From Octopus sinensis (Eukaryota), in NCBI RefSeq assembly GCF_006345805.1, contig NC_043002.1, positions 94,612,001-94,676,000 on the forward strand: 64,000 nucleotides of DNA, read 5' to 3'. Shown here in pieces: positions 11,439 through 23,524 of the stretch. How positions within the stretch are numbered: the first letter of the stretch is position 1; every line of letters starts with the position of its first letter. The translations under genes and the position numbers were made by a program. A model generated the notes under the pieces. That model made no database searches, was not told the origin of the DNA, and worked only from the letters and a program-made list of their open reading frames with translations.

Positions 11439-11526
11439 ACGAGGTTCGTCGTAATAACAGTGTAGCACAAAACGGCGGTGCATCAGCATGGCCGCAGCTC
11501 TGAGCTGAAACTAGAAAAAAAAATTA

Positions 11527-12089
11527 ACACATATGAGAGAGAATCCACTAAAGTGGACGCCCTTACGCTAACCACTAAAAATTCTTCTCAAGAAAAACTT
11601 AGCACACTATGAACGTAAACGAGCAGAACAAATGCAAAATAACAAAAATATAGATTAACCCCATACAATTGTTTCACTGTTAATAAATTATGCAATATTA
11701 CTTACACAATTAATTTGCAGGTCATCAGTGGAGTCCGTCAAAAATATAATTTCTCCAACTGCACGCCATATCTTAATACGAGGTCAAAAATACGAGCAGT
11801 ACGGCCTATTATATTCATAGTTATATTCAAATGCCCTCGTTCTAGCGCGCCAAATTCTCGGAAATGAATACTGCATAAACAATTCACTGCAATAGTTTAC
11901 GCCGGTTTGAGAACATATTAATTAAGAATTAAAATCAAAATGAGGGTGAAAAAATTGTATATTAATTTACTAACATCAATTTAACGCCAGTGGTTTAGCG
12001 CATAAAAAACTGAGATTCAGTAAATATTATTAATACACATATGAGAGAGAATCCACTAAAGTGGACGCCCTTACTCTAACCACTAAAAA
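11527..12089 (-). repeat. 508-bp unit bounded by 55-bp direct repeats and containing a hammerhead
   Basis: ACACATATGAGAGAGAATCCACTAAAGTGGACGCCCTTAC(G/T)CTAACCACTAAAAA at 11527-11581 and 12035-12089, 1 mismatch. Confidence 0.85.
11658..11734 (-). ncRNA. Type I hammerhead ribozyme
   Basis: ACTCCA-CTGATGA-C CTG...CAG T-GAAA-C AATT G-TA-TGGGGT. 6-bp stem I, palindromic ACAATTGT; the 10.1/11.1 pair is a C/U mismatch. Confidence 0.8.
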
Positions 12090-12233
12090 ATGTCGATAGG
12101 GTTTAGCAAAGAAACAGCGTTAGAAAAATATAAAAGAGGAGGGTTTAGTAGCTATTTAAATATATATGTATACATATATAAATGTATATCTATATATATG
12201 CATGTGTTTCTCTCCTTGTTTCTTTTCTGTGTA

Positions 12234-12271
12234 TCTTTCTGTCGAAGAGCGTAGGCTCGAAACGTAAAAGA
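12234..12271 (+). ncRNA. Atypical minimal hammerhead-like motif inside a short interspersed repeat (about 12195-12370)
   Basis: TCTTT-CTGTCGA-A-GAG CGTAGG CTC-GAAA-CG-TA-AAAGA. Stems I and II pair; stem III is the loopless palindrome ACGT; the core has A6U and one extra A. Confidence 0.5.
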
Positions 12272-12409
12272 CTTGTTCTATTTCTATTCCTGAACGCCAT
12301 ACTAATACATTTGTTTGTTTGTACTCCACCTGCCTTCGTCTTTTGTTTATTTTCGTAAACCTTCCCGTTACATATATATATACATATACATATATATATA
12401 TGTTTGTAT

Positions 12410-12450
<41 letters not shown>

Positions 12451-12456
12451 CACACA

Positions 12457-12516
<60 letters not shown>

Positions 12517-12722
12517 ATACAAAATAAGAAAATGGAGGAATATACTTTAATCAATCATCAACTACCAGATAATACCAATTCACATAATTTATTAACCAAC
12601 TACATAGGAACATCCAAATCAAACACAATAATACAGAACGAAACAGTACACATCAATGAGTAATATAATACCATAAGTACAATACGTATAAATAAATATA
12701 AATAAATATAAATATAAACTGG

Positions 12723-12849
12723 ATCTTACAGCTGTTTCAGCCATGTAGATAAGAGTATCTCATTATGCTCATATTAGCCAGGTGAGTTAATGTAATATGT
12801 GGTTATAAATGAGATACTTATATATATATCCCAAGGCCTCTTCAGAGAT
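12723..12849 (-). ncRNA. Type I hammerhead ribozyme with a long stem II insertion
   Basis: ATCT-CTGAAGA-GGCC...(about 90 nt containing the 11-bp IR 12754-12764/12808-12818)...GGCT-GAAA-C AGCT G-TA-AGAT. Confidence 0.8.
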
Positions 12850-13113
12850 TATAAAGTACAATTCAAATATGAATATGAATATTAGAGAAGGTACACACAT
12901 ATACAAGAATAAGTACATATACATACATACACATACATATAAGTGCATATACGCATGCACCTACATATATATAAGTATATACATAATAATATACATCCAC
13001 ATAAGGTTACAGTTAGTCAAATCAATATATTAGAATATACATACATACACACATCCACATGAAAGTGTACATATACAAAGTCCAGAGTTCATTGTATTAA
13101 GTTACAAAAGGCT

Positions 13114-13137
13114 ATTATTATTATTATTATTATTATC

Positions 13138-13200
<63 letters not shown>
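13114..13200. repeat. (ATT)n/(AAT)n microsatellite
   Basis: Direct reading. Confidence 0.95.
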
Positions 13201-13202
<2 letters not shown>

Positions 13203-14214
13203 AAGTAAAAGAATATGTGCATTCCGCCATTCACAATACATAGTGGATGGAAAATATCACATAGAATACAGCAACAGCATAATATAATAATATAATAATA
13301 TAATAATATAATACAATACAATACACTATAGCTCAACAAACACATATATAATGAAAAAATATTCCTTTACATCATAGAAAAACCAAAAGTATGCATGCGT
13401 ATACATACATACAAATCAAAGTTCGGACGGCGATTGATATTTCTTAGCAGGTTTGCAAATAGTTTAAGATTTAAAGCTCAATACGATTGGTCGGCACATT
13501 TGAATTTCAATTGTCTTAGTTACGGTTGGTTGGTTAAGATACACTTACATACATACACATATATATGCGCGCATACACATGCACACATAGATAAACATAA
13601 GCACAGGAATACAAACTTTCCTACACACAAACATGCGTACATACATAACTACATACGTATATATCCATATATACATATATATAAACAAATACATATACCC
13701 ATAAACAACCACGTACACATATATGTATATATATACGAACACATACATACTGATAACTAAAATAATATTAAGAATCATTAAAATTAAGATAATACTAATT
13801 GTTAATACATCGAAAAGGTTTGGAAGGGTAATTCGTAATGTACAAAAAAGAGGGGCCTAAAAGGGTAGAAAACGTAAGGATTAATAGGTTGGAAAATATT
13901 CAAATAAAGCTTACAGAAGGGATATAAACTCAGCAAACACATTTATAATAACTAGGGTAAAGAAAAAGTACGTTATTTGTGGAAGATACATAATTAAAAA
14001 TTACACTGAATATACCGTAAAAAACCAAAACACTACGAAACCGTCCAGATATCAACACCTACAAGTATGAGCTTGCTCAAACCACAATTCTGTATAAACC
14101 CTATCCTAGCAAACCACACATCCATATACAAAACAAATATAAGGCTACCAATTAATAGAAAACCGGGGTCATTTACCACCACAACCATGTACCCCCAATC
14201 CCGATACACAACCC

Positions 14215-15325
14215 ATCAAAAGTTACGTAATTTATATCTTATCGGTGTATACATGCTTATTTTTATTTTTAGTATACACCGACAATAACATTTGTACAAA
14301 GACACATACATATGTACTTTTATACCCAAATACCTACACATAAATATACAAATAAGTAACAGATATACACCTATAAACCTAAATTTAATACATATATATA
14401 CAGGTATACATACACTCAAGTACCTAAATGTACCCTAAAAGAATAGACATACGTATATATCCTCCAACATACAAATATACTCCATAAGAAAAAATGAATA
14501 CACATCCATATGTACACGCACATACACAACATCAATAAATATATAGATAGGTATGGAAAACTGCACCAATATATATATACACATATATATATACATACAT
14601 ATATACACCTGCATACACATATATACATATATACACACACATACGCAAATTCACCCATAAAAACATGAATATACATATAAACGTACACAGACATACATAC
14701 AGATAGAATTACAGGTATACATACATGCCCATAGCTTAAATTCTGTAAAAACTTAATCCAAGCAAATAATACATCTAAATACCATAACAAATGTAGGGTT
14801 ATTTTTAAAAAAGAAACTGTTATTCTTTATTATATCTATATACCCCTTAAAACATAATATGTGATTTAACAAATGTTATAAAGTTCATATATCTTGTTGG
14901 TGTATACATGCTTATTTATTATAAACCGACAAGAACCTATATATATAGACTCATACATACGTACTTATATACCAATATATCTACACATAAATATACATAT
15001 AAGTAACAAATATACACTTATAAACATAAATTTAATATGTATATAGCCATGTACATATATATATATAAAAATTTTTTTTTAATACATACACACACCCCTA
15101 TACATAAATATAGGTATATATACATTTAAGTACCTATAATATACCCTATTAGGATAGACATATCTAAATCCTCCTACATACAAATACACTCCATGAATAG
15201 ATATGAATACATGTTGCTTTGTGCACGCACATACAGAATTTAAACAACACATACACTTAAACCATATATATATACAGGTGTAGAGAACTACACCAATATA
15301 TATCTGCAAAAATATATATACACAT

Positions 15326-15368
<43 letters not shown>

Positions 15369-15500
15369 CACACATACCCACGAGTGAACATATATATATA
15401 TATAAACATACACAAAAACATATGTAGACATACCTACATGCACATTCGGAAGTACAGATATACATGCATGCCCACAGCTTTGCATATATATACATTCATG
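14215..15500. repeat. Diverged ~660-bp tandem duplication in TA/CA-rich sequence
   Basis: Co-linear anchors GGTGTATACATGCTTATTT, CTACACATAAATATACA, AAGTAACA.ATATACAC and CATACAAATA.ACTCCAT at about 14245-14490 and 14900-15195. Confidence 0.65.
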
Positions 15501-15518
15501 CATACACAAACATAAATA

Positions 15519-15564
<46 letters not shown>

Positions 15565-15574
15565 CACTGGTGGG

Positions 15575-15620
<46 letters not shown>

Positions 15621-16074
15621 CATATACATATATATGTTAAAATAAATTATGAAATATAAATTATAAATTAATAAGTACCAGTAAATGAAAAATAAAAAAT
15701 AAAAAATTACAAAAATAAGTAAGTATAAATAAGTACAAATAAGTACAAATATACATATATACATAGAGAACTTAATATTTAAGACTACCAATCAAATATA
15801 TGGGAAGACCAACAAGGAAGATAGATATACGTATACAATTACATATATCCCCGTAAGTATACAAATGCATGTATAGACAAACACATACACCAACATATAT
15901 ACATATACATATATATACACATACATATATACATATACATACACATACACGAACATATATGTAAATATGTATACACATACTTATCCAAATGTAAACCTCA
16001 TGTACTTAATATAGACCCAAAATAGGTACAGATCAATATATCAAAGCCCCAAACCAACAGCATACAATGATTAT

Positions 16075-16520
16075 ATGTTTAATAGTAGTTTCTAAGAGTA
16101 CGTTTACGTAAGCGAACCCATGAAAAACCAGTCTTTTTTCTAAAACACTGAGAAAGGGTACTTGAATAAAATTTAAAATTCGTCCATGAGTGCATATCAT
16201 GAAAACATTTATCATCCTTTATAATTTCTGGACGCCCAACATTTTATAACCTGATTATACATGAGATTGAAACCTGTATTTATATTTTAGTGGAAATTTA
16301 CGCCTCATAATCGATTGCGGCTCCAATTACGTTTCAGTCAAAACGTCCTTTTGTTTCTTTCCTTTATCTTTAATACAAACTGCGTAGGTTGTATAACCTT
16401 TTGTGTGATGTTTACCTTTCGAATGAACAAGCATTTTGTATAGTTTTACGTACACAGCTCAAATTCTTTTGAATGTTACACCGTTCTTGTATATTTCGAT
16501 GACCTAAAAGATAACGCACG
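16075..16520. repeat. Unclassified dispersed repeat; homolog at 60645-60700 plus 61230-61610
   Basis: Long shared runs such as AAAATTCGTCCATGAGTGCATATC, AATTTCTGGACGCCCAACATTTTATAACC and GGCTCCAATTACGTTTCAGTCAAAACGTCCTT. Confidence 0.85.
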
Positions 16521-16629
16521 CACACATACACATACATATATATATCTTCATACATACACACAGATATATGCAACTATATATACACATATACACACATGCA
16601 GCTATATATATATGTGTGTACCTACACAC

Positions 16630-19000
16630 ATAAATGTACCGTCGGAGTAATGACTGAAGTCTGCCACAATCTCCACCCCGCGAAAAGCCTCACATATCTG
16701 CTTGAAATCGCTCAGCTTGTGTCCGTCTCGATCCATCAAAGACCGAATTGTGGTTTTGTTACCACGCTGCACCTCCGCCACGCGGGCCCATCGAACAGCT
16801 TTGATCCCCTCGTTTCTTAGAGTACTTCCTTAGCTCTGACAATGCAACCTTCATGTTTCGCATTGTAGAAATGATGTAATGCCATTCTCGCTGCTAGCAC
16901 GTCGGTTTCAATGCCACTACAAATAGTCTCGTCTAGTTTAGCTACTAACCCCTCCTCTTTTCTATTTTTCTGACACTGTTTCTTTGCTAAACCCTATTGA
17001 CATTACTCTAATCTCTTTTTTCAGAGCCGCCCACCACCTGTTGTTGATGACTCCTCCCCGTCAACTACAGCTTCGCTAAATTGCTGACTCGGTCCTTGTA
17101 AGCCGGGAAAGACATGTTCAGCTTCCAGTACCCTGGTCCTAACCTACGCGTCTTACCTAGGTCGACCGTATAGATTAAAAACTTATGGTCTGAATAGGTG
17201 ACCGTTTTAAAAAGTGAACATCCTACACTATTACACCTAGTGAAAATCCTTTCTATATATGACCTAGATGACCCAAAGCGGCTGGTACAGGTCCACACTG
17301 GCACATTAGGGAAATCTCGTCGGTACCTGTCAGACTGTTGGCACTGGCTGATCAGATGCTTGAGACTTTTGCACCCCACTCTTCTATCAGCTACTCCTAC
17401 ACAATCCCAACGTTGATCTAAGATTTCGTTCCAGTCTCCTGCTAACAGTAAAGGGCGATAATTATCTAGAAAGGCTTCCGGAAGCCTAAAGAAATCCGGC
17501 CGTTTGGCTCCTGTAGGAGCGTAGACGACCCTCAGTCTAAAGACACTACCTTCACTATTGCTCACGTCCAAGTCCACCAACTTCCCGTCTGCATCCCAGA
17601 AAATCGACTTTATCTCGAGTTCCCATTCTTTCTTAAACAGCACTGCAACTCCACCTTCCATTCCCGGCCGACTAACAGATGCAAAGATCTGATAGTCATT
17701 GAACATGAGGGAAAGTGCATGTGTATTGGAAATCCTGGTTTCACTGACAGCAATTATATCCACTTCTAGAGAACTGAGATCGTTGAGCAGGTGCTCCTGC
17801 TTCCAGGGCAATCCCAGGTCTCCAACATTTAAAAATCTTACTCTTTGTATGGTCATGTTGGCAAGCTAAAGAGAGAAGGTGTCTTATTTATGTGTGTATT
17901 TTTGCTTCGTTTGAGGCGGGTAGGAGAATTTTCGTTGTTTCTCCCGAGGGTGATTTATTTCTTGTTGCTGGTGGTTTTGCCGGTTCTGGTGATGTTTGTG
18001 GTTCTTGTCCCAGTGTAGACAGTAGTAGAGTCCGTTGGTGGGCAGCGAGCTCGCAAATGAGTCGTTTCTATACACGCAAAACAATGAGTCATTGTGCCCT
18101 CAGTCATGATATCTATTACTGTCCCGTTCTGGAGTGTTCCGGGATTTTTTTATGTTTTCGAGTATGATCTGGAGAAGTATTTGCAGGCCAACCCCGGACC
18201 AGTCCTCCCTGGCAGTTGTTGCCGCCTCTATAAGGACAGTGTCCGTCCCCTCCATGATTATGCATCCCAGAAGCCACCAAATACCTAGTCCTGGTGGGAT
18301 TCTAGGAATGCGGACACGGGCTGTACGTTTCCCCATGTGGGAGGGGTACATGATGACTTTGCTGGTTTTGCAGGGGGTCATTGAATATTTCATAGCAAGG
18401 ACTATTGACTTAAACAGCCCCGAAATGATTCCGTATTGTTTACCCCTCGCTATGTATTCGATGTTATTTCTGATGCACCTCAACGCCGTCTCAATATCTA
18501 CTTGGACTATCAAAGCTGTTCTTTTCGTGTCTGCTGAGATACATCTGAAAAGCAGCGTTCTTCGCTCCACTGTTTTATTTGCCTCTGATAGGATTGTCAG
18601 ATTGGCTCAAGTTTTCTCTTGTTTTATTAGTTTCCATGCTTGTGGTAGCATCTGCTTCCTGTTTGTGAGGTCTACGGTAAAGCAGCTGTTGAAAACGTAT
18701 TTTGGTTATTGTTATTGGTATTGTTCTCGTTGTTGTTTTTGTTCTTGTTACTGTTCCTGTTTCTGCTGCCGTTGATGTTGTTGTCATTTTTCTTATCGAT
18801 TTTGTTGGTATTGGTTTTGCTGTTGTTGCTGTTGTCAATTTTGCTCTCGTTGTTATTGTTGTTGCTATCGCTACCATTGTTGCCTTTTTCGTGGTTGTTT
18901 TTGCTATCATTACTACTATTGCTGCGGCTGCGGTCACCGTTGCGTCAGGTGTTGTCATTTCTTCTGCTGTTAGCGTTTCTGCTAATATTATTGTTACTGT
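16630..19000 (-). mobile_element. Tx1-like L1 LINE, 5' portion (ORF1 plus APE domain); RT missing
   Basis: ORF 17065-17856 has APE motifs (LNVGDL, VSET, GGVAVLF, VYAP, GDWN, SDH, GPGYWKLN). Linker LRNEGIKAVRWARVAEVQRGNKTTIRSL at 16700-16820. ORF1 pieces 18100-18570 and 18575-18958. Confidence 0.85.
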
Positions 19001-19004
19001 TAGT

Positions 19005-20475
19005 TGAACTTTGTATTATGAAAGCAGGTAATAAGGTGTTAGCCATAAATTCCTTAGCAGTTTCAGCCGTTACTTATAGTTTCAATGTTGAACTAGAATA
19101 TTAGCGAAATAAAAGAAAATTGACTAGAAAATACGTTAAGCTGCTGTCTTGCAATAAGATGCACCACTTAAAGGCGAACACAGATCGTCTTTACCTTCCC
19201 AGAGTCCAAGGGGGACGAGGCTTCATCCAGTTTGAAATCTCTTGCAAAACCACCACAACTGAACTGGTCAAATATCTTGAAACATCTAACTACTGGATGC
19301 TATAACTTGTTGAAAATCACGAGAAACTTATAAAGCGTTATTCTGTCATGAATTTTGCTATGAGTTCATGCATAATACCCAGGTTGAACAGCATGGTGGA
19401 AGTGCAGTAACTGTTGTTGCAAAGATGAAATCAATGGTAAAGAACAATGCGTTTGAATAATTGGCTGATAGGTGAGAATAAAAAACATTTGCATGTCAAA
19501 TATGTGGTCGTAGCAAACAAGCCGATGTAGACCAGAAGCACATCCATCAGTGGCTACGGAGCTCGGGGCTAAATGCAGACAGTGAAAGCTTTATCTTGGC
19601 TGCTCAAGATCAGAGCTTATTGACCCAGAACTATCAAACCAATGTAAAGAAATGTAGAGTAGACCCAAAGTGCTGATACTGCAAGGATGAGATTGAAACA
19701 GTGGATCACCTAATGTCTGAGTGTAAAGTTTTAGTGCCTATAGAGTATAAATTAAGACATGACAGTGCTAGCCAATATCTACACTGGATAATATGTCGGC
19801 ATTTTAAAATCAAAACTACTGGAAAAGAGTACAACGTCACTATGAGGCTGTAACTGAGGAAGAAAAATGTAACGATTCTTTGGGACTTTCCAGTACATAT
19901 AGACCGGACCATCAAAGCTAATGAACCAGATATTGTTGTGACAGACCAAAACAATAAAATTTGTTTGTTGATTGACATGAGCATACCTTGTGATAATATC
20001 TCAGCGAAAGAATTTAATAAGGTCGGAGAATATAAAGATTTGCTGATTGAAATCCAAAACGTGTTGCATCTCAAAACGGTTACAATACCAATGATTGTAG
20101 GAGCACTTGGAATGGTCAAATAATGAACAAAAAATTATTTCAGGATGATTTCTGGCTTACCATCCATGTAAGAAGTGCAAAATATTGTTTTAATTCGTAC
20201 GTCAGAAGTATTGAGGTGAGCATTGTCGCTGTGAATTTTCTTTCCTTTTTCCACTATATTTTCTTTACTTTCCTTTTTCTTATATTTTCCTATTTAAAAT
20301 TTTTTTCTTCTTCCCTTTTTCTTTCTTTCTTCCTCGTTTTCCCTGTCATATGACTATGTAAATGAACAACAATGTCGACTATTTATTTTAATGGCTATCA
20401 ATGTATGCAGTGAGTTTCTTTGCCCAAGGTGCCGAGAAGACACTCGGTAAGAAATGGAAGCCAAATTGGAATAAG
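19005..20475 (+). mobile_element. R4/Dong-like RLE LINE, 5'-truncated and degenerate
   Basis: RNKVLAINSLAV, HHLKANTDRLYLPR, ANEPDIVVTD..CLLIDMSIP and VGALG. The 3' UTR matches 38720-38830. Followed by (GAA)n/(CAA)n. Confidence 0.85.
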
Positions 20476-20479
20476 AGGA

Positions 20480-20598
20480 GAAGAAGAAGAAGAAGAAGAA
20501 GAAGAAGAAGAAGAAGAAGAAGAAGAAGAAGAAGAAGAAGAAGAAGAAGAAGAAGAAGAAGAAGAAGAAGAAGAAGGACGACAACAACAACAACAACA
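20480..20598. repeat. (GAA)n then (CAA)n microsatellite
   Basis: Direct reading. Confidence 0.95.
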
Positions 20599-20939
20599 AG
20601 CCCCCTGATGCAGTACCAGGCCGTGGCTCTCTTGGCTTTTGATCTTACCTGATTGGAAGTTGTATCATGTACATTGTTTTGTCTTGGTATAAAAGATAGG
20701 CTACAGCAAATATTCTGCACAATACCACAGATTTATTTGTCAGTTGAGCATGTCCCTTAGTGGCTGACAATATGTACATCCCTGATCACGAGCAGAAATA
20801 GTGGTAACGCAGCATAGCCATATGTTGAGAGGAATTCTTTGAGATTTGAATAATTCACCTCTGGAAACATAGGTGTTTTTTTCAGCATCCTTAATCAAAC
20901 TTTATTCAAAAACCTTTTAAGTGGGTGCTATACTAACAC

Positions 20940-21476
20940 TATGGCATAACAACAAAAAAAAGATGGTATAGGCACACGCCAGAAAAAGTTACAGAAAATG
21001 AGAAAACAACTATACTCTGGGATATGCCTATACACACAGATAGAGAAATTAATGCCAATAGGCCGAATATAATAGTTATAGATCACTAAGAAAAAAATGC
21101 TTTCTAAATAATGTATCAATATCAATAGATGACAACATTTCTCTAGAAGAAACGGAGAAACTTTCAAAATACAAAGATCTGGAAATAGAGGTAACTCTAA
21201 TGTGGAGTATAAAAACAGAAACAATTCCTATCATAGTAGGCGCATTAGGTATAATAAAAAAAATATTCAGACAGATACATAACAAAAACACAAGGGCTAA
21301 CAAGTATATATAGCATACAGAAAATGACACTACAATGCACCGCACACATCCTATGTAAAACACTTTCAATCCAGTAAAAATAAGAGCATCACAACAAAGC
21401 ACAACACATACCCAAGGCACACAGAGTTGCGCTCAGTAACGCAGTGAAAGCATGTTATAAAAATAAGACTACTGAA
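20940..21476 (+). mobile_element. R4/Dong-like 3' fragment (second family)
   Basis: ANRPNIIV, NISLEETEKLSKYKDLEIEVTLMWSIKTETIPIIVGALG, then a 3' UTR ending in an (AAC/AGC/AAT)n tract at 21477-21632. Confidence 0.8.
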
Positions 21477-21477
21477 T

Positions 21478-21517
<40 letters not shown>

Positions 21518-21522
21518 GCAAT

Positions 21523-21590
<68 letters not shown>

Positions 21591-21632
21591 CAACAACAAC
21601 AACAACAATAATAATAATAATAATAATAATAC

Positions 21633-22905
21633 GAAAATTGTTAACAATGCATAGAATGCACCACTCTAAGGCAGATATAGAACGACTTTATCTGCCAAGA
21701 AAAGAAGGAAGCCGCGAACTTTTACAACTGGCATTAACAATGAAGATTGCCACAATTGGCCTAAACACCTACCTGAAAAACTCTGCGGACTGGATGTTAA
21801 AAATTGTCTCAAACCATGAAAACAAGAAAGCATCATACTCAGTGACAAACCAGGCAAAGGAATATATAAGTGAATTCCAAATACAAATTCTAGAATTTGA
21901 CGTACTAGAAGCAAGCAGAGTAAAAGCTAAGCTTATGAAAATCTGTTCTAAAACTGCTGCCTTAGATATTCTTACTGATAAATGACAAGAAAAACCTCTC
22001 AATGGCAAATACCCAAAGAGAGCTAATAATGCCGATGTTGACAAAGCCCTTACTCATCAATGGCTAATGGCTTCTGGCTTAAGATCAGAAACAGAAAGGT
22101 TTATCAAAGCAGCCCAAGATCAATGCTTACCTACAAGAAACTACCAGGCCAACATATTAAAGAACGGTAGCTTCCCAATATGTTGTGTATGTCTACAACA
22201 AAATGAAACCATTGATCATGTTGTCTTCATGTGCAGTCTTCTTGCGCCTTCAGAGTATCTCAACAGGCATGATATATTCACTGGGTAATTTGCAAAAGCC
22301 TGAACCTGCCCCATTATAAAAACTGGTGGGAACACAAACCTCCTCCAGTGCTTGAAAATGATCACATCTCACTCCTCTGGAACTTCACCATTCAAACTGA
22401 GAGAAAGATAGATGCAAATAGGCCAGACATTATATTGAAAGACTTCAGACAAAAATCATGCCCCCTCATTGATATGACTGTCCGAATCGATATAAACGTA
22501 ACTGTCAAGACCTACCAAAAACTGAGCAAGTATAAAGATCTTGAAGTAGAAATTGGCAAAATGTGGAGCCTGAAGAATAAAACAATACCTGTTGTCATGG
22601 GTGCCCCAGGAATGATAGCAAAAGGGGCTGATTGCTACCTGGTTCAGATACCAGGAAACCCCAAAATCGCAGAAATTCAAGCGATACTGCTCATGGGAAC
22701 TGTCTATGTAATCTCAAATTTTAAAACAAACTCATAATTTTCTTATGGTTTCTTAAACATTCCCTAGAAAAATACTATGTATAAAACCAAATATATGGCA
22801 CCCTAGGCATAACACCAATATGAACTTCTAACTTATTGTCTCTTGAGCTCTGTTGGTGAGACTTGGAGCCAACTTGTACAAATGCAAAACAAAAGTCAAA
22901 CATAA
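21633..22905 (+). mobile_element. R4/Dong-like 3' 1.3 kb (third family)
   Basis: MHHSKADIERLYLPR, AAQDQCLPTRNYQANI, CCVCLQQNETIDHV and ANRPDIILKD..LIDM. Flanked on both sides by (AAT)n. Confidence 0.85.
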
Positions 22906-22930
22906 AATAATAATAATGATGATGATGATG

Positions 22931-22988
<58 letters not shown>

Positions 22989-22990
<2 letters not shown>

Positions 22991-23334
22991 GATGAAACCA
23001 TTGGCCATATCATGAACGAATGCCATAGAGTTGTTCAAAACCACTACAAGTTATGTCGACACGATCAGGTAGCGAAAGTGCTACGTTGGAAACTGTGCGA
23101 AAAGCGGGGGGGGGGTAGAGAGAGTGGCAAGGCGTGGTATGAGCACAAACCGCAGAGAATGGTGGAGTCGGAGACCAGCAAAATCCTCTGAGGTCTTCCC
23201 AATCCAAATAGATAAGGCGCTTGAGCATAACAGACTGGACTTAGTGATGGTGAACAAGGTACACCACAAGTGGTATATAGTTGGTGTCGAATGCCCCTTT
23301 GACCCACGAATAGTCAGGAAGGAAGGAGAAAAAG

Positions 23335-23340
<6 letters not shown>
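22989..23340 (+). mobile_element. R4/Dong-like RLE fragment, left half (split by the Tx1 array)
   Basis: [50 protein letters not shown]; continues at 32581. Confidence 0.85.
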
Positions 23341-23393
<53 letters not shown>

Positions 23394-23418
23394 GTAGGTA
23401 GGTAGGTAGGTAGGTAGG

Positions 23419-23453
<35 letters not shown>

Positions 23454-23493
23454 TTAGATAGATAGATAGATATATAGATAGATATATATATAT

Positions 23494-23524
<31 letters not shown>
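23335..23524. repeat. (GATA)n/(GGTA)n array at the 3' junction of Tx1 copy A
   Basis: Direct reading. Confidence 0.95.

Larger units (their letters stand above)
7560..11523 (+). mobile_element. Near full-length CR1-clade LINE
   Basis: ORF1 remnant, APE-RT ORF2, 3' stem-loop CAGCTC-T-GAGCTG and a short A tail at 11515-11523. Confidence 0.9.

Noticed and set aside
12156-15978. Numerous 60-140 aa ORFs rich in Y/I/H/T/C/V (also at about 125-500, 44650-45050 and 51400-52070)
   Set aside because: They are translations of (TA)n, (CA)n and (TG)n microsatellites, which lack stops in some frames.
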